A DNA stretch of 64,000 nt, from NCBI GenBank assembly GCA_038241115.1, contig JBBRGA010000001.1:1319-65318 (forward strand), written 5' to 3'. The DNA is from Burkholderiales bacterium. GTDB taxonomy: Bacteria > Pseudomonadota > Gammaproteobacteria > Burkholderiales > Burkholderiaceae_C. Positions 45,176-56,274 of the stretch are shown one piece after another. The position numbers were made by a program, and so were the translations under genes. Position 1 is the stretch's first letter. Every line of letters begins with the position of its first letter. Below the pieces are notes generated by a model. The model was not told where the DNA came from and ran no database searches. It saw only the letters and a program-made list of their open reading frames with translations.

Positions 45176-46330
45176 ATGAGCGTGGTTTCGAGCGCCTCGC
45201 CGCGCTTCGCGATGGTCGCGGGCGAAGCCTCCGGCGATTTGCTGGCCGGTTTGTTACTGGACGGAATGAAAGCGCGCTGGCCTGCGATGACGGCTGGCGG
45301 AATTGGAGGCCCGATGATGGCTGCTCGCGGCTTTGAAGCCTGGTGGCCGCACCACAAGCTTGCGGTGCGCGGGTATGTAGAAGTGCTCAAGCACTACCGC
45401 GAAATTGTCGGCATACGCCAGCAACTCGCCTTGCGTCTGCTGGCGTCCAAGCCTGATGCGTTCATTGGTGTGGATGCGCCTGATTTCAATCTTGACCTGG
45501 AAGCTCAACTCAAAGCCCACGGTGTCAAGGCGATTCACTTTGTCGGCCCCTCGATTTGGGCTTGGCGCGGCAAGCGCATCGAGCGAATTCGACATTCTGT
45601 AGACCATGTGCTGTGCCTGTTTCCTTTCGAGCCGGCACTTTATGAGGCGAACGGCGTGGCGGCTACTTTTGTGGGTCACCCGTTGGCGGATGCGATCCCG
45701 CTGGAGGTGCCGCGCGCGGCCAGCCGAGCCGCTTTGAATTTGTCTGCAGATGACGTGGTGGTGGCCTTGCTGCCGGGCAGCCGTCGCTCGGAAATTGCTT
45801 TTGTGGCACCCGTTCTGTTGGCGGCTGCCGCGGAGATGCATCGCCAACGTCCGGGCTTGAAATTCATCTTGCCCGTGGTGCCTGGCTTGCTCGAGTTGGT
45901 CGAGCCGCTGCGTCAACAGTTGGCCGCCGTGGTGCCTCTCAGCTTGCTCAACGGACAGTCGCACGAAGCGCTCGCCGCGTGCGATGTGACGCTAGTGGCA
46001 AGCGGCACCGCCACCTTGGAAGCTGCGTTGTTCAAGCGCCCCATGGTCATCACTTACAACATGCAGTGGCTGAGTTGGCAAATGATGAAGCGCATGAAGT
46101 ACCAGCCGTGGGTGGGCTTGCCCAATATTTTGTTGAATGACTTTGCGGTTCCTGAACTGCTGCAAGACGCCGCCACGCCGCAAGCCTTGGCGAAGGCTGC
46201 CTTTACCTGGCTGGACAATCCAAGCGCGTGTGCGGCGCTGGCAACCCGCTTCGACGCACTTCACCGCACCCTTCAACAAAATACCGCTGTGGCCGCCACC
46301 CATGCCATTGAAAAGATTCTTGCCGCTTGA
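45176..46330 (+). CDS. lpxB: Lipid-A-disaccharide synthase
   Basis: 384 aa. [15 protein letters not shown]; PSIWAWR; [10 protein letters not shown]. Confidence 0.94.
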   Translation: MSVVSSASPRFAMVAGEASGDLLAGLLLDGMKARWPAMTAGGIGGPMMAARGFEAWWPHHKLAVRGYVEVLKHYREIVGIRQQLALRLLASKPDAFIGVDAPDFNLDLEAQLKAHGVKAIHFVGPSIWAWRGKRIERIRHSVDHVLCLFPFEPALYEANGVAATFVGHPLADAIPLEVPRAASRAALNLSADDVVVALLPGSRRSEIAFVAPVLLAAAAEMHRQRPGLKFILPVVPGLLELVEPLRQQLAAVVPLSLLNGQSHEALAACDVTLVASGTATLEAALFKRPMVITYNMQWLSWQMMKRMKYQPWVGLPNILLNDFAVPELLQDAATPQALAKAAFTWLDNPSACAALATRFDALHRTLQQNTAVAATHAIEKILAA

Positions 46331-46931
46331 AAAACTCGGCCTGCTCTGGGACGGCGTCGGCTTGATGGCCGGTGTCGACGAAGCTGGGCGCGGGCCGCTG
46401 GCCGGGCCCGTGGTGGCGGCTGCGGTGATCCTCGACGAGCGGCAACCTATCAAAGGCCTGAACGACTCCAAGGCACTCACCGCCCGAGCGCGTGATCGCT
46501 TGTTCGATGAGATACGCGGCCGTGCGCTGTGCTGCAGCATCGGGCAGGCCAGCGTGGAGGAGATCGATGCGTTGAACATTTTGCAAGCCACCATGCTGGC
46601 CATGCGCCGCGCGGTGGAAGGGCTGCGCCTGAAGCCGCACATGGTGCTGGTGGACGGCAACCGCTTGCCCGGTTTGCAGGTGCCTGCGCAAGCCATCGTC
46701 AAAGGCGACAGCAAAGTCAAAGCCATCTCTGCCGCGTCTATCGTCGCCAAGGTTCACCGCGACCAGCTCTGTGATGCGCTGCACCAAGCCCATCCGCAAT
46801 ACGGGTTCGACGGCCACAAGGGCTACCCAACCGCGGCGCATTTGGCGGCTCTGCAAGCCCACGGCGCCTGTCCGCACCACCGACGCACTTTTGGCCCGGT
46901 TCGCAGGGTGCTCGAGCGGGTGGTTGCGTGA
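46302..46931 (+). CDS. rnhB: Ribonuclease HII
   Basis: ATG 46302 inside track ORF 46137..46931 (29-nt overlap with lpxB). [20 protein letters not shown]; DSKALT. ATG 46365 is an alternative start. Confidence 0.92.
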   Translation: MPLKRFLPLEKLGLLWDGVGLMAGVDEAGRGPLAGPVVAAAVILDERQPIKGLNDSKALTARARDRLFDEIRGRALCCSIGQASVEEIDALNILQATMLAMRRAVEGLRLKPHMVLVDGNRLPGLQVPAQAIVKGDSKVKAISAASIVAKVHRDQLCDALHQAHPQYGFDGHKGYPTAAHLAALQAHGACPHHRRTFGPVRRVLERVVA

Positions 46932-47722
46932 GCTTGGTCAAGCACATCAGCTCTCGCGACAACCCGCTGCTGCAGCGGCTTCGCAAGCTGGCGGCGGATC
47001 CCGCCGAGTACCGCAAGCAAGGTGAAATCTGGCTGGCGGGTGACCACTTGTGCAGCGCGTTCTCCAATCGCGGTGGCGTGGCCACACAAGCGCTCATTAC
47101 CGAAGAAGCTTGGACGCAGCTTGCGTTGCGTACGCTGGCAGAAAAGGCTTTGGCCGTGACGATATTGCCCGCGGACCTGATGAAGTCGGGAGGCACGTTG
47201 GAGTCGCCGCCGCCCATGGGATTTTTGGTGCCGTGGAGGGCCAACGCGGCGCTGTTGCCAGCAGCAGCCAGCATCGTTCTTGACCGCTTGCAAGACGCTG
47301 GCAACGTGGGCGCAGTGCTGCGCAGCGCGGCCGCGTTTGGGTTCACCCAAGTCATTGCGCTCAAAGGGACGGCGGCCTTGTGGTCGCCCAAAGTGCTGCG
47401 CGCTGGCATGGGCGCGCACTTCGGTTTGCATTTGCTTGAGGGCGTTGACGAGGCCGTATTGGCAGCCCTTGAAGTGCCCATGCTGGCAACAAGTTCGCAC
47501 GCTGAGTTGGCCATCCACACGACACACCTGCCGTGGCCCTGCGCTTGGGTTTTGGGCCAAGAAGGCCAAGGCATGTCGGCGACGTTGTTGTCACGCTGCC
47601 AACTCGCGCTGCGCATCCCGCAACCGGGCGGTGAAGAATCGCTCAACGTCGCTGCGGCAGCGGCGGTTTGCCTTTACGAATCGGCACGCCAGCGCAGCGC
47701 GCCGGGTGGTTTGACAGGCTAG
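46928..47722 (+). CDS. SpoU/TrmH-family RNA 2'-O-methyltransferase
   Basis: 264 aa. GTGA overlap with rnh[22 protein letters not shown]; LGQEGQGM; [15 protein letters not shown]. Confidence 0.88.
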   Translation: MSLVKHISSRDNPLLQRLRKLAADPAEYRKQGEIWLAGDHLCSAFSNRGGVATQALITEEAWTQLALRTLAEKALAVTILPADLMKSGGTLESPPPMGFLVPWRANAALLPAAASIVLDRLQDAGNVGAVLRSAAAFGFTQVIALKGTAALWSPKVLRAGMGAHFGLHLLEGVDEAVLAALEVPMLATSSHAELAIHTTHLPWPCAWVLGQEGQGMSATLLSRCQLALRIPQPGGEESLNVAAAAAVCLYESARQRSAPGGLTG

Positions 47723-48540
47723 TACATCAAACGATCCGGCCTCAAATCGCGCAGGATGGTGGTGGCAATCTCTTCGATGGATTTGTGGGTGGACGACAGC
47801 CAAGCAATGCCTTCGCGGCGCATCATGGCTTCGGCTTCCTTGACTTCAAAGCGGCAGTTTTCGATGGACGCGTACTTGCTGTTGGCCCGGCGTTCTTCGC
47901 GTATTTGGTGCAAACGCATGGGGTCGATGGTCAGCCCGAAACACTTGGTCTTGAACGGGGCCAATGAAGCCGGAATGGCACCCCGGTCGAAGTCTTCGGG
48001 AATGAGCGGGTAGTTGGCGGCCTTGATGCCGTGCTGCATGGCCAAGTAAATCGAAGTGGGCGTTTTTCCGCTTCGGCTCACGCCTACCAAAATCACGTCG
48101 GCTGCACTCAAATTTTTGGTCGACTGGCCGTCGTCGTGTGCCAGCGAAAAGTTGATGGCGTCTATGCGGTCCGCGTACTCCTGGCTTTTCGACACATCAG
48201 TGAAGCGGCCCACGCGGTGGTTGGAGGTGATGCCAAATTCGGCCTCCAGCGGCTCGATGAAAGTGTTGAACATGTCGAGCACCAAGCCCTTGCTCTGCTC
48301 CTTCACGATGGCGCGCACCGCCGGCTCGATCAGCGTGATGAAGACGATGGGCCGTCGGCCTTCCGCGTCAAGGGTGTGATTGATTTCACGCACCACTTGG
48401 TGGGCCTTGTCGGCGGTGTCGATGAAGGGCCGGCGAACGTGACGCGGCTTGGCAGCGAACTGCGACAGGATCGAGTTGCCAAATGTCTCGGCAGTAATGC
48501 CGGTGCCGTCAGATACAAAAAACACAGTGCGGTTTGGCAT
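47719..48540 (-). CDS. ppsR: PEP synthase regulatory protein (bifunctional kinase/pyrophosphorylase, DUF299)
   Basis: 273 aa. FFVSDGTGITAE; P-loop GVSRSGKTPTSIYLA. Divergent from ppsA. Confidence 0.94.
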   Translation of the reverse strand: MPNRTVFFVSDGTGITAETFGNSILSQFAAKPRHVRRPFIDTADKAHQVVREINHTLDAEGRRPIVFITLIEPAVRAIVKEQSKGLVLDMFNTFIEPLEAEFGITSNHRVGRFTDVSKSQEYADRIDAINFSLAHDDGQSTKNLSAADVILVGVSRSGKTPTSIYLAMQHGIKAANYPLIPEDFDRGAIPASLAPFKTKCFGLTIDPMRLHQIREERRANSKYASIENCRFEVKEAEAMMRREGIAWLSSTHKSIEEIATTILRDLRPDRLMY

Positions 48541-48769
48541 GAATGGATGCGGCTGAGCGCGGCGTTCGGGGTTCCATCATAGGCACTTGACCCGTAAACT
48601 CGATGCAACGCGCCACCTTTTTCGCCATGCCCATCCGCACACACCTCACAGCCCGCCTCGAGGGACGGCTGCGCCTGGCGCATGCGGTCATCGTGAACCA
48701 GCGGTCCTTGGAGCCAAGCTCGGACACCGCAGGTGTTGCCACAGTTTTTCAACCTCCCGGAGTTACACC

Positions 48770-51178
48770 ATGTCCCACCCCAACTTGGCGACCGCCTTGG
48801 TCGTGCCGCTTGAACAATTGAGAATGACCGACGTCGAGTCGGTAGGCGGCAAGAACGCCTCCCTCGGCGAAATGATCAGCCAGTTGGCCAGTGCCGGTGT
48901 CCGGGTGCCAGGCGGTTTTGCCACCACGGCGCACGCCTTTCGGCAATTCTTGAATCACAACGGCTTGGCAGACCGCATCGGCCAGCGCCTGGTCTCGCTC
49001 AACACCGACGATGTTCGCGCGCTGACTGAAGCCGGGGCTCAAATTCGTCAGTGGATCGAAGCCACGCCTTTCCCGGCAGACCTGCAAGCCGCGATCACTG
49101 CGGAATTTGCGCGGCTCACTGCCGACAACCCTGGCGCGTCTTTTGCCGTCCGCTCCTCGGCGACTGCTGAAGACTTGCCCGATGCCAGCTTTGCCGGTCA
49201 GCAGGAAACCTTTCTCAATGTGGTGGGCATTGACGACGTGCTGCACAAAATGAAAGAGGTGTTTGCCAGCCTCTACAACGACCGCGCCATCAGCTACCGC
49301 GTTCACAAAGGCTTTGCGCACGCCGATGTGGCGCTGTCGGCGGGTGTGCAGCGCATGGTGCGCTCTGACCTTGGCGCCGCCGGTGTGATGTTCACCATCG
49401 ACACCGAAAGCGGCTTCAAGGACGTGGTCTTCATCACTTCCAGCTACGGCCTGGGCGAGACGGTGGTGCAGGGCGCTGTGAACCCCGACGAGTTCTATGT
49501 GCACAAGCATGCGCTGCGCGCCAACAAACTCGCCATCATTCGGCGCAGCTTGGGCAGCAAGCTCATCAAGATGGAATTCGCCACACCCGAAGAAAAAGCG
49601 GCCAGTGGCAAGTTGGTGCGCGTGATCGACACTGCCACCGAGCAGCGCAATCGCTACTCGCTGAGCGACGCCGATGTCACCGAGTTGGCCAGGTACGCGT
49701 TGATCATCGAGGCCCACTACGGTCGCGCAATGGACATCGAGTGGGGCAAAGACGGCACTGACGGCAAGCTCTACATCTTGCAAGCGCGCCCTGAAACGGT
49801 GAAGAGCCAGCAAGAAGGCAAGGTCGAGCAGCGCTACAAGCTGAAAGGCACCGGTACCGTGCTGACCGAGGGCCGTGCGATTGGTCAAAAAATTGGCACT
49901 GGCCCGGTTCGCATCATTCACAACATCGCCGACATGGACCAAGTCCAGGCCGGCGATGTGCTGGTGACGGACATGACCGACCCCAATTGGGAGCCCGTGA
50001 TGAAACGCGCTGCGGCCATCGTCACCAACCGAGGTGGACGCACCTGCCACGCGGCCATCATCGCGCGCGAGTTAGGCATACCGGCCGTGGTGGGCTGCGG
50101 CGACGCGACCGAAACCTTGAAAGAAGGCGCGCTGGTGACGGTTGCCTGCTCAGAGGGCGACACGGGCTACATCTACGACGGCTTGCTGGAAACCGAAATC
50201 ACCGACGTGCAGCGTGGAGAACTGCCTTACTGCCCCATCAAAATCATGATGAACGTGGGCAACCCGCAACTGGCGTTTGACTTTGCGCAAATGCCCAACA
50301 GCGGCGTGGGCTTGGCGCGTCTGGAATTCATCATCAACAACAACATTGGTGTGCACCCCAAGGCGATCTTGGACTACCCCAACATTGATCTCGACTTGAA
50401 AAAAGCGGTGGAGTCGGTGGCCCGCGGGCATGCGTCACCGCGTGCGTTTTATGTGGACCGGTTGGCCGAGGGCGTGGCCACCATCGCGGCCGCGTTTTGG
50501 CCCAAGCCAGTGATCGTTCGGCTCAGCGACTTCAAGAGCAATGAATATCGCAAACTGATTGGTGGCTCACGCTATGAGCCTGAAGAAGAAAACCCGATGC
50601 TTGGTTTTCGCGGTGCCTCACGCTATGTGAGCGAGGCGTTTGGCGAAGCTTTTGCGATGGAGTGCGAAGCCCTGAAGCGCGTGCGCAACGACATGGGTTT
50701 GAACAACGTCGAAATCATGGTGCCTTTCGTTCGCACCTTGAGCCAAGCCAAACGCGTGACGGAAATGCTGGCCGAAAAGGGTTTAAAGCGATCATCAGTC
50801 GGCGGCAAAGACGGCCTGCGCATCATCATGATGTGTGAGGTGCCAAGCAACGCGGTGTTGGCCGAGCAGTTCCTGGAGTACTTCGACGGCATGTCGATAG
50901 GCTCCAACGACTTGACCCAACTCACATTGGGCTTGGACCGCGATTCTGGTTTGGAACTACTGGCCCGCGACTTCGACGAGCGCGATCCTGCGGTGAAAGC
51001 GCTGATCTCGCGCGCCATTACGGCTTGTCGCGCAGTTGGCAAGTACGTCGGCATTTGCGGCCAGGGCCCAAGCGACCACCCCGACTTCGCAGATTGGCTG
51101 GCCGATGAGGGCATCGTGTCGATATCGCTGAATCCGGACTCGGTGGTGGAGACTTGGAAGCGGCTGGCCACGCGGTGA
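48770..51178 (+). CDS. ppsA: Phosphoenolpyruvate synthase
   Basis: ATG 48770 (ggag 6 nt upstream) inside track ORF 48587..51178. [11 protein letters not shown]; phospho-His loop [21 protein letters not shown]; C-terminal PEP-utilising domain. Confidence 0.96.
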   Translation: MSHPNLATALVVPLEQLRMTDVESVGGKNASLGEMISQLASAGVRVPGGFATTAHAFRQFLNHNGLADRIGQRLVSLNTDDVRALTEAGAQIRQWIEATPFPADLQAAITAEFARLTADNPGASFAVRSSATAEDLPDASFAGQQETFLNVVGIDDVLHKMKEVFASLYNDRAISYRVHKGFAHADVALSAGVQRMVRSDLGAAGVMFTIDTESGFKDVVFITSSYGLGETVVQGAVNPDEFYVHKHALRANKLAIIRRSLGSKLIKMEFATPEEKAASGKLVRVIDTATEQRNRYSLSDADVTELARYALIIEAHYGRAMDIEWGKDGTDGKLYILQARPETVKSQQEGKVEQRYKLKGTGTVLTEGRAIGQKIGTGPVRIIHNIADMDQVQAGDVLVTDMTDPNWEPVMKRAAAIVTNRGGRTCHAAIIARELGIPAVVGCGDATETLKEGALVTVACSEGDTGYIYDGLLETEITDVQRGELPYCPIKIMMNVGNPQLAFDFAQMPNSGVGLARLEFIINNNIGVHPKAILDYPNIDLDLKKAVESVARGHASPRAFYVDRLAEGVATIAAAFWPKPVIVRLSDFKSNEYRKLIGGSRYEPEEENPMLGFRGASRYVSEAFGEAFAMECEALKRVRNDMGLNNVEIMVPFVRTLSQAKRVTEMLAEKGLKRSSVGGKDGLRIIMMCEVPSNAVLAEQFLEYFDGMSIGSNDLTQLTLGLDRDSGLELLARDFDERDPAVKALISRAITACRAVGKYVGICGQGPSDHPDFADWLADEGIVSISLNPDSVVETWKRLATR

Positions 51179-51191
51179 GGGTTTGATCAGG

Positions 51192-51209
51192 GCGAAATCA
51201 GTGTTTCGC
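51192..51209. terminator. Weak hairpin between convergent ppsA and the Anbu-like gene
   Basis: gcgaaa-tcagtg-tttcgc (6-bp stem), no T-tract. Confidence 0.3.
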
Positions 51210-51218
51210 ACCTCAAGC

Positions 51219-51254
51219 GCACACACCGCACACACCGCAAACACCGCAAGCACC
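51219..51254. repeat. 4 x 9-bp tandem repeat (GCACACACC-type)
   Basis: gcacacacc gcacacacc gcaaacacc gcaagcacc. It lies 41 nt after the ppsA stop and 8 nt after the stop of the minus-strand protease gene. Confidence 0.9.
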
Positions 51255-51261
51255 AGACCCC

Positions 51262-52092
51262 TCAAACAATCTTCTCGCCCGGATTCGTGATCTTGCGCAT
51301 GGGCTCGAACCGGGGGGCATTTACGCGCAGCGGATGCTCTGCTTCGCCGCCGTTCCACTGGGGATCGTCAATCGACTCAAACACCTGCCGCAGGCGTTGA
51401 CCCCAGGTGTCGTGGATCATTTTGAAATAGGGGTTTTGCTCGTCGATGCACACGATGTGCTCGCTGGCCAGGGCGCCTTGTTCGTACACCAGCAAATCCA
51501 GCGGCAAACCGACCGACAAGTTCGATTTCAAGGTCGAGTCCATCGACACCAAAGCGCATTTGGCCGCTTCGTCCAGCTGCGTCGCCGGCGAAATCATGCG
51601 GTCTAAAACCGGCTTGCCGTATTTGCTTTCGCCGACTTGAAAGTAGCAAGTCTCGCGCGTGGCTTCGATGAAATTGCCGGCCGAATAAACCAAGAACAAG
51701 CGCATGGCCTCGCCTGCGATTTGCCCGCCGAAAATCATGGTGGCATTGAAGTCGATGCCTGCGGCGTGCAGCGACGGCCCGTCTTGTGCATGCACACGGC
51801 GCACGGCCGCGCCCAACACGCGCACGGCGTCGAACATGCTTTTGGCGTTCCAGATGGTGATGGGCTGTGCGGGATCGTTGGCGTTTTCAATTTTCTCGAT
51901 CTGCAATATCTCGCGTACCGATTGGCTGATCGACAAATTGCCCGCCGACAACATCACCATGAAGCGGTCGCCAGGTTTTTCGTACACCATCATTTTCCGG
52001 TAGGTGCTGATCTGGTCCAACCCGGCGTTGGTGCGGGAGTCGGATAAGAAGACCAGTCCCGCATCGAGCTTGATGCCTACGCAATACGTCAT
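51262..52092 (-). CDS. Proteasome-type (Anbu, 'ancestral beta subunit') Ntn-hydrolase protease
   Basis: 276 aa. Starts MTYCVGIKLDAGLVFLSDSRTNAG..., so Thr becomes residue 1 after Met removal. Asp17 and Lys32/33-like residues are in proteasome-beta spacing. The start is 24 nt downstream of the mutS stop. Confidence 0.8.
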   Translation of the reverse strand: MTYCVGIKLDAGLVFLSDSRTNAGLDQISTYRKMMVYEKPGDRFMVMLSAGNLSISQSVREILQIEKIENANDPAQPITIWNAKSMFDAVRVLGAAVRRVHAQDGPSLHAAGIDFNATMIFGGQIAGEAMRLFLVYSAGNFIEATRETCYFQVGESKYGKPVLDRMISPATQLDEAAKCALVSMDSTLKSNLSVGLPLDLLVYEQGALASEHIVCIDEQNPYFKMIHDTWGQRLRQVFESIDDPQWNGGEAEHPLRVNAPRFEPMRKITNPGEKIV

Positions 52093-52116
52093 GTGTTTTT
52101 CCCGTTGAAGAGACCG

Positions 52117-54765
52117 CTACGGGGTCGCTAGTTTTTTGAGTCGATAAAGCGCATCCAGCGCGTCTTTCGGGCTGAGCATATCGGGGTCTATTTTCGACAG
52201 CGCCATGTCAACGGCCGATGCCAGTGCCTCAGCAGCCATTGGCGGTGCAGCAAACAAATCGATCTGCGCGTCACCCGCTTTCTGTTGCTTCTCCAGCGCC
52301 TCCAAAGTCATGCGGGCCTGGCGCACCAGGCTGCTGGGCATTCCCGCCAATCGCGCCACTTGCACGCCGTAGCTGCGGCTGGCGGGGCCGGCCTCAATGG
52401 TGTGCAAAAACACAATGTCGTCGCCACTTTCTGCGGCCGACACGTGCGCGTTCAAGGCGCGGTCGTGCTTGACGGGGAAGGCCGTCAACTCAAAGTAATG
52501 CGTGGCAAACAGCGTGAAGGCACGGTTGCGGTCGTGCAAAAAACTGGCAATGGCACCGGCCAAAGCCAGGCCGTCAAAGGTGGAAGTGCCGCGACCAATC
52601 TCGTCCATCAACACCAACGACTGCTCAGAAGCGCTGTTCAAAATGGCCGCCGCTTCGGTCATCTCCACCATGAAGGTGGACTGCGCATTGGCCAAGTCAT
52701 CGGCCGCACCGATGCGCGTGTGAATCGCGTCCATCGGCCCCAGTCGGCAGACCCGCGCGGGCACGAAAGAGCCCATCGCAGCCAGCAGCGCAATCAATGC
52801 CACCTGGCGCATGAAAGTGCTTTTGCCGCCCATGTTGGGGCCGGTGATGACCAGCATTTTTCGGCCTGCGTCGAGCAGGCAGTCGTTGGCCATGAAGTTG
52901 CCAGCGCCGGTTTCTTGCAAGCGCGCTTCGACCACCGGATGGCGACCCGCCTCAATCGCGATGCAAGGCTCTTTGACGAACTGCGGGCGGCACCAATTCA
53001 AAGTGTGGGCGCGCTGCGCCAGCGCACTCAATACGTCCAGGCTGGCCAGCGCGCGGGCCAGCTCGGCCAAGGCTTCGAGGTGGCTCTGCAGCCGATCCAC
53101 CACTTGCTCGTACAAGAATTTTTCGCGCGCCAAAGAGCGGTCTTGCGCCGACAAAGCTTTGTCTTCAAACGCTTTCAACTCAGGCGTGATGAAGCGCTCG
53201 GCGTTTTTCAGGGTCTGGCGACGTTGATAGTCAGACGGCACTTTGCCGGCTTGGCCCTGCGTCACCTCGATGTAAAAACCGTGCACTTTGTTGAACTGCA
53301 CCCGCAGGTTGGTGATGCCCGTGCGAGCGCGCTCGCGGCTTTCCAGGTCCAGCAAAAACGAGTCGCAGTTTTGGGTGATGCCGCGCAGCTCGTCGAGGTC
53401 GGTGTCGAAGCCCACCGCAATCACGCCGCCGTCGCGCAGCAGCACAGAAGGCTCGGCCGCAATGGCTGAGCTGAGCAGCGCTTCAATTTGCACATCGGGG
53501 CTCAGTGGTTCGCTCAGCATGTCAAGCAGCACGGCTTGATTCAGCGGAACCAAGGCGCGCAGCAGGGGCAGCGCACACAGCGTGGCGCGCAAACCGGTAA
53601 GTTCACGCGGGCGCACTTGTCGCAGTGCAATGCGCGCGGTAATGCGTTCGACGTCGCTGATGTTTTTGAACAAATCGCGCAGGCCGTTGGTGGGCTGATT
53701 CAACAGTGCCTCGATCGCGTCATGCCTTTGCGCGGCCACATGGCGCGCGCGCAGCGGATGCGTCATCCAGTGGCGCAGCGCGCGGCTGCCCATGCCCGTG
53801 CGGCAGGTGTCGAGCAGTGACAGCAAGGTGGGAGCGTCTTTGCCGCTCAGGGTTTGCGTCAACTCCAGATTGCGGTGCGTGGTGGGCGGCAGGTCGAGCA
53901 GGTCGGTGGCGCGTTGCACCTCGAGCGTGCGCACGTGCGTCAGTGCTTGGCCTTGCGTGTGTTCGGCGTAACTCAGCAGCGCCGCTGCGGCGGCATGGGC
54001 GGTGGGCAACTCTTGCGCGCTGAAGCCGGCCAGCGACGCGACGCGCAGTTGATCGCACAACTTGCGCAGGCCCAAGGCGGTGTCGAACTGCCATGCGGGG
54101 CGGTGGGTGATCGCGGTTTTGGTCGTCGTTGTTGCTTTGGTCAGCGACGATGGAATGAGTTCGCGGTCTACCAAAACTTCGGCAGCGTTCAAGCGCGCCA
54201 ACCAACCTGCCAACTCAGGGTCGGTGCATTCGGTCAGGCCGATTTTTCCCTGCGTCAAACCCAACCATGCCAAGCCGTGAGTCACCACGCCGCGATGCGT
54301 TTTGCTGGCCACTGCCAACAGCAGCGCGTTGCTTTTGTCGTCCAACAATTCCGTGTCGGTCAGAGTGCCTGGCGTGACCACACGCACCACCTTGCGCTCG
54401 ACCGGCCCCTTGGCCGTGGCCACATCGCCGATCTGTTCGCAGATGGCCACAGCTTCACCCAGCTTGATGAGTTTGGCCAGGTAGTTGTCCAGCGAATGCA
54501 CCGGCACGCCCGCCATCGCGATTGGCTCACCGGCACTGTGGCCCCGACTCGTCAGCGTGATGTCCAGCAACCGATTCGCCTTGCGCGCATCGTCAAAAAA
54601 CAGCTCGTAAAAATCGCCCATCCGATAGAAAACCAGCGTGTCCGGGAAGTCGGCCTTGATGCGCAGGTACTGCTGCATCATGGGCGTATGGGCGGCTGTG
54701 GCGGCGGGAAAACCGGCGGGCTGGAGCACAGATTGGGCAAGAGAGGCGGAAGGCTCGGCGGTCAT
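52117..54765 (-). CDS. mutS: DNA mismatch repair protein MutS
   Basis: ATG 54765 (MTAEPS...) inside track ORF 52117..54945. [11 protein letters not shown]...[11 protein letters not shown] mismatch-binding motif. Walker [26 protein letters not shown]. Confidence 0.95.
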   Translation of the reverse strand: MTAEPSASLAQSVLQPAGFPAATAAHTPMMQQYLRIKADFPDTLVFYRMGDFYELFFDDARKANRLLDITLTSRGHSAGEPIAMAGVPVHSLDNYLAKLIKLGEAVAICEQIGDVATAKGPVERKVVRVVTPGTLTDTELLDDKSNALLLAVASKTHRGVVTHGLAWLGLTQGKIGLTECTDPELAGWLARLNAAEVLVDRELIPSSLTKATTTTKTAITHRPAWQFDTALGLRKLCDQLRVASLAGFSAQELPTAHAAAAALLSYAEHTQGQALTHVRTLEVQRATDLLDLPPTTHRNLELTQTLSGKDAPTLLSLLDTCRTGMGSRALRHWMTHPLRARHVAAQRHDAIEALLNQPTNGLRDLFKNISDVERITARIALRQVRPRELTGLRATLCALPLLRALVPLNQAVLLDMLSEPLSPDVQIEALLSSAIAAEPSVLLRDGGVIAVGFDTDLDELRGITQNCDSFLLDLESRERARTGITNLRVQFNKVHGFYIEVTQGQAGKVPSDYQRRQTLKNAERFITPELKAFEDKALSAQDRSLAREKFLYEQVVDRLQSHLEALAELARALASLDVLSALAQRAHTLNWCRPQFVKEPCIAIEAGRHPVVEARLQETGAGNFMANDCLLDAGRKMLVITGPNMGGKSTFMRQVALIALLAAMGSFVPARVCRLGPMDAIHTRIGAADDLANAQSTFMVEMTEAAAILNSASEQSLVLMDEIGRGTSTFDGLALAGAIASFLHDRNRAFTLFATHYFELTAFPVKHDRALNAHVSAAESGDDIVFLHTIEAGPASRSYGVQVARLAGMPSSLVRQARMTLEALEKQQKAGDAQIDLFAAPPMAAEALASAVDMALSKIDPDMLSPKDALDALYRLKKLATP

Positions 54766-54864
54766 GCTTGACGGATTGCGGTTGAAGTCAACGTCGCTGG
54801 ATTGTCGCAAGCGTTGGCACCATCGCAACACTGCTATCTTTGCCGAATCGCGCCCGCGATGCCG

Positions 54865-54900
54865 CGCGTCGCACCTCCTTATTTTGTGACGCGTCGCACC
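54865..54900. promoter_or_regulatory. Two copies of an 11-bp direct repeat (CGCGTCGCACC) in the mutS/thiolase divergent region
   Basis: Copies at 54865-54875 and 54890-54900, identical, 25 bp centre-to-centre, 33 nt upstream of the thiolase ATG. Confidence 0.5.
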
Positions 54901-54932
54901 CCTCATCTCATCAAAACAGCAGGAGATACACC

Positions 54933-56117
54933 ATGGCAGAAGCATTCATCGTGGCCGCAGCGCGCACCGCAGGCGGAAAAAAAGGCGGCCGCTTGTCGGG
55001 CTGGCATCCGGTTGATCTGGCGGCGCAGGTTTTGAATGCGCTGGTGGAACGCGTGGGTGCTGGCATGGACCCCGCGCTGGTGGAAGACGTCATCATGGGC
55101 TGCGTCGACCAGGCGGGCGAGCAGGGTGTGAACGTGGCGCGCAATGCGGTGTTGGCGTCCAAGTTGCCTGAATCGGTGCCGGGCACGTCGATCGACCGGC
55201 AGTGCGGCTCGTCGCAGCAGGCGCTGCACTTCGCGGCGCAAGCGGTGATGTCGGGCAGCATGGACATCGTGATTGCGGCCGGTGTGGAAAGCATGACGCG
55301 CGTGCCCATCGGCATGCCAGCAACGCTGCCGCAAAAGCACGGTTTTGGGTTTTACATGAGCCCTGAGATCACAGCGCGCTACCCGAACGGTGCGTTCAGT
55401 CAGTTTGTGGGCGCCGAGATGATGGCCAAGAAATACGGCCTGAGCAAAGAGGCGCTTGACCTTTACGCCTTCAGCAGCCATCAGCGTGCCATGGCCGCCA
55501 CATCGGCCGGTGCGTTCGCGGCCGAGATTGCTGCCATCGAGGCCATCTTGGCCGACGGCACCCGCACTGGCGAGCAGCACACCATCGACGAAGGCATACG
55601 CTTCAACGCCACCCTGGAAGGCATCAGTTCGGTGAAGCTGTTGCAAGAAGGAGGCTGCATCAGCGCGGCCAACGCCAGCCAAATTTGCGACGGCGCCAGT
55701 GGTGTGATGGTGGTGAACGAGCGCGGTTTGAAAACGCTGGGGGTGCAGCCCTTGGCGCGCATTCACCACATGTCGGTGCTCGGACACGACCCCGTCATCA
55801 TGTTGGAAGCGCCGCTTCCGGCCACCGAACGCGCGCTGAAAAAAGCAGGCATGCGCATCAATGACATTGACCTGTTTGAAGTGAACGAAGCCTTTGCCTC
55901 TGTGCCCTTGGCTTGGTTGAAAGCCAGCGGTGCCGACCCGGCGCGCATGAACGTCAACGGTGGTGCGATTGCGCTGGGCCATCCCTTGGGCGCGTCGGGC
56001 ACCAAGCTCATGACCACTTTGGTTTATGCGTTGAAGCAGCAGGGCAAACGCTACGGCCTGCAAACCATGTGCGAAGGCGGCGGCATGGCGAATGTGACCA
56101 TCATTGAGCGGCTTTGA
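54933..56117 (+). CDS. Acetyl-CoA C-acyl/acetyltransferase (thiolase)
   Basis: ATG 54933 with aggaga 7 nt upstream. Active-site Cys region [14 protein letters not shown]-terminal [17 protein letters not shown] and CEGGGMANV. Confidence 0.92.
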   Translation: MAEAFIVAAARTAGGKKGGRLSGWHPVDLAAQVLNALVERVGAGMDPALVEDVIMGCVDQAGEQGVNVARNAVLASKLPESVPGTSIDRQCGSSQQALHFAAQAVMSGSMDIVIAAGVESMTRVPIGMPATLPQKHGFGFYMSPEITARYPNGAFSQFVGAEMMAKKYGLSKEALDLYAFSSHQRAMAATSAGAFAAEIAAIEAILADGTRTGEQHTIDEGIRFNATLEGISSVKLLQEGGCISAANASQICDGASGVMVVNERGLKTLGVQPLARIHHMSVLGHDPVIMLEAPLPATERALKKAGMRINDIDLFEVNEAFASVPLAWLKASGADPARMNVNGGAIALGHPLGASGTKLMTTLVYALKQQGKRYGLQTMCEGGGMANVTIIERL

Positions 56118-56128
56118 GCCGCGCGGGC

Positions 56129-56215
56129 TCCTTCGACAGTTCGACTCTGGGCGCAAACCCAGCCCTGTTCGCCCTGAGGTGGCTTCTCCGATCATCCTGA
56201 GGTGTCGAGGGAAGG
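56129..56215. repeat. REP-like imperfect palindromic element (copy set A)
   Basis: Inverted degenerate copy ccttcgacagttcgactctgggcgcaaac (56129-56157). Direct half-motifs gttcgccctgaggtg (56167-56181) and cctgaggtgtcgagggaagg (56196-56215). Same motif family as 58640-58703. Confidence 0.7.
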
Positions 56216-56237
56216 CCTAGAACCGGTCTTTGACGCA

Positions 56238-56274
56238 ATAGCTTCTGGCAATGACGGGTATGGCATCAATCAAT
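56238..56274 (+). promoter_or_regulatory. Possible OxyR-type operator upstream of ahpC
   Basis: ATAGcttctggCAAT-N7-ATGGcatcaatCAAT. The four tetranucleotide elements have the spacing of the remembered OxyR consensus (ATAGnT-N5-CTAT, N7, repeat), but several consensus positions mismatch. Lies ~97 nt upstream of the ahpC ATG. Confidence 0.3.

Noticed and set aside
48587-48769. 5' extensions of track ORFs upstream of the conserved N-termini: ppsA from 48587, trpB from 11044, trpA from 12369, fabZ from 43701, mutS to 54945, thiolase from 54840, rpsB from 32461, rnhB from 46137, leuA from 28116, dadA to 32363, DUF3619-like to 22756.
   Set aside because: The extensions overlap upstream genes or intergenic DNA and encode Arg/Pro/His-rich junk. 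Internal ATGs with SD-like sequences line up with the canonical protein N-termini.
48749-50050. 433-aa minus-strand ORF. Similar long ORFs: 60729..62432 (-, 567 aa), 54903..56195 (-, 430 aa), 52285..53469 (+, 394 aa), 56908..58032 (-, 374 aa), 63379..63999 (-), 40771..41745 (-), 25536..26477 (-), 18329..19216 (-), 4224..5075 (-).
   Set aside because: Each lies entirely antisense to a strongly supported conserved gene (ppsA, pgm, thiolase, mutS, ahpF, xfp, bamA, ilvH/ilvC, nadE, leuB). Their translations are Arg/Gly/His/Ala-rich low-information sequence with no recognisable motifs. These are the expected shadow ORFs of GC3-rich genes.
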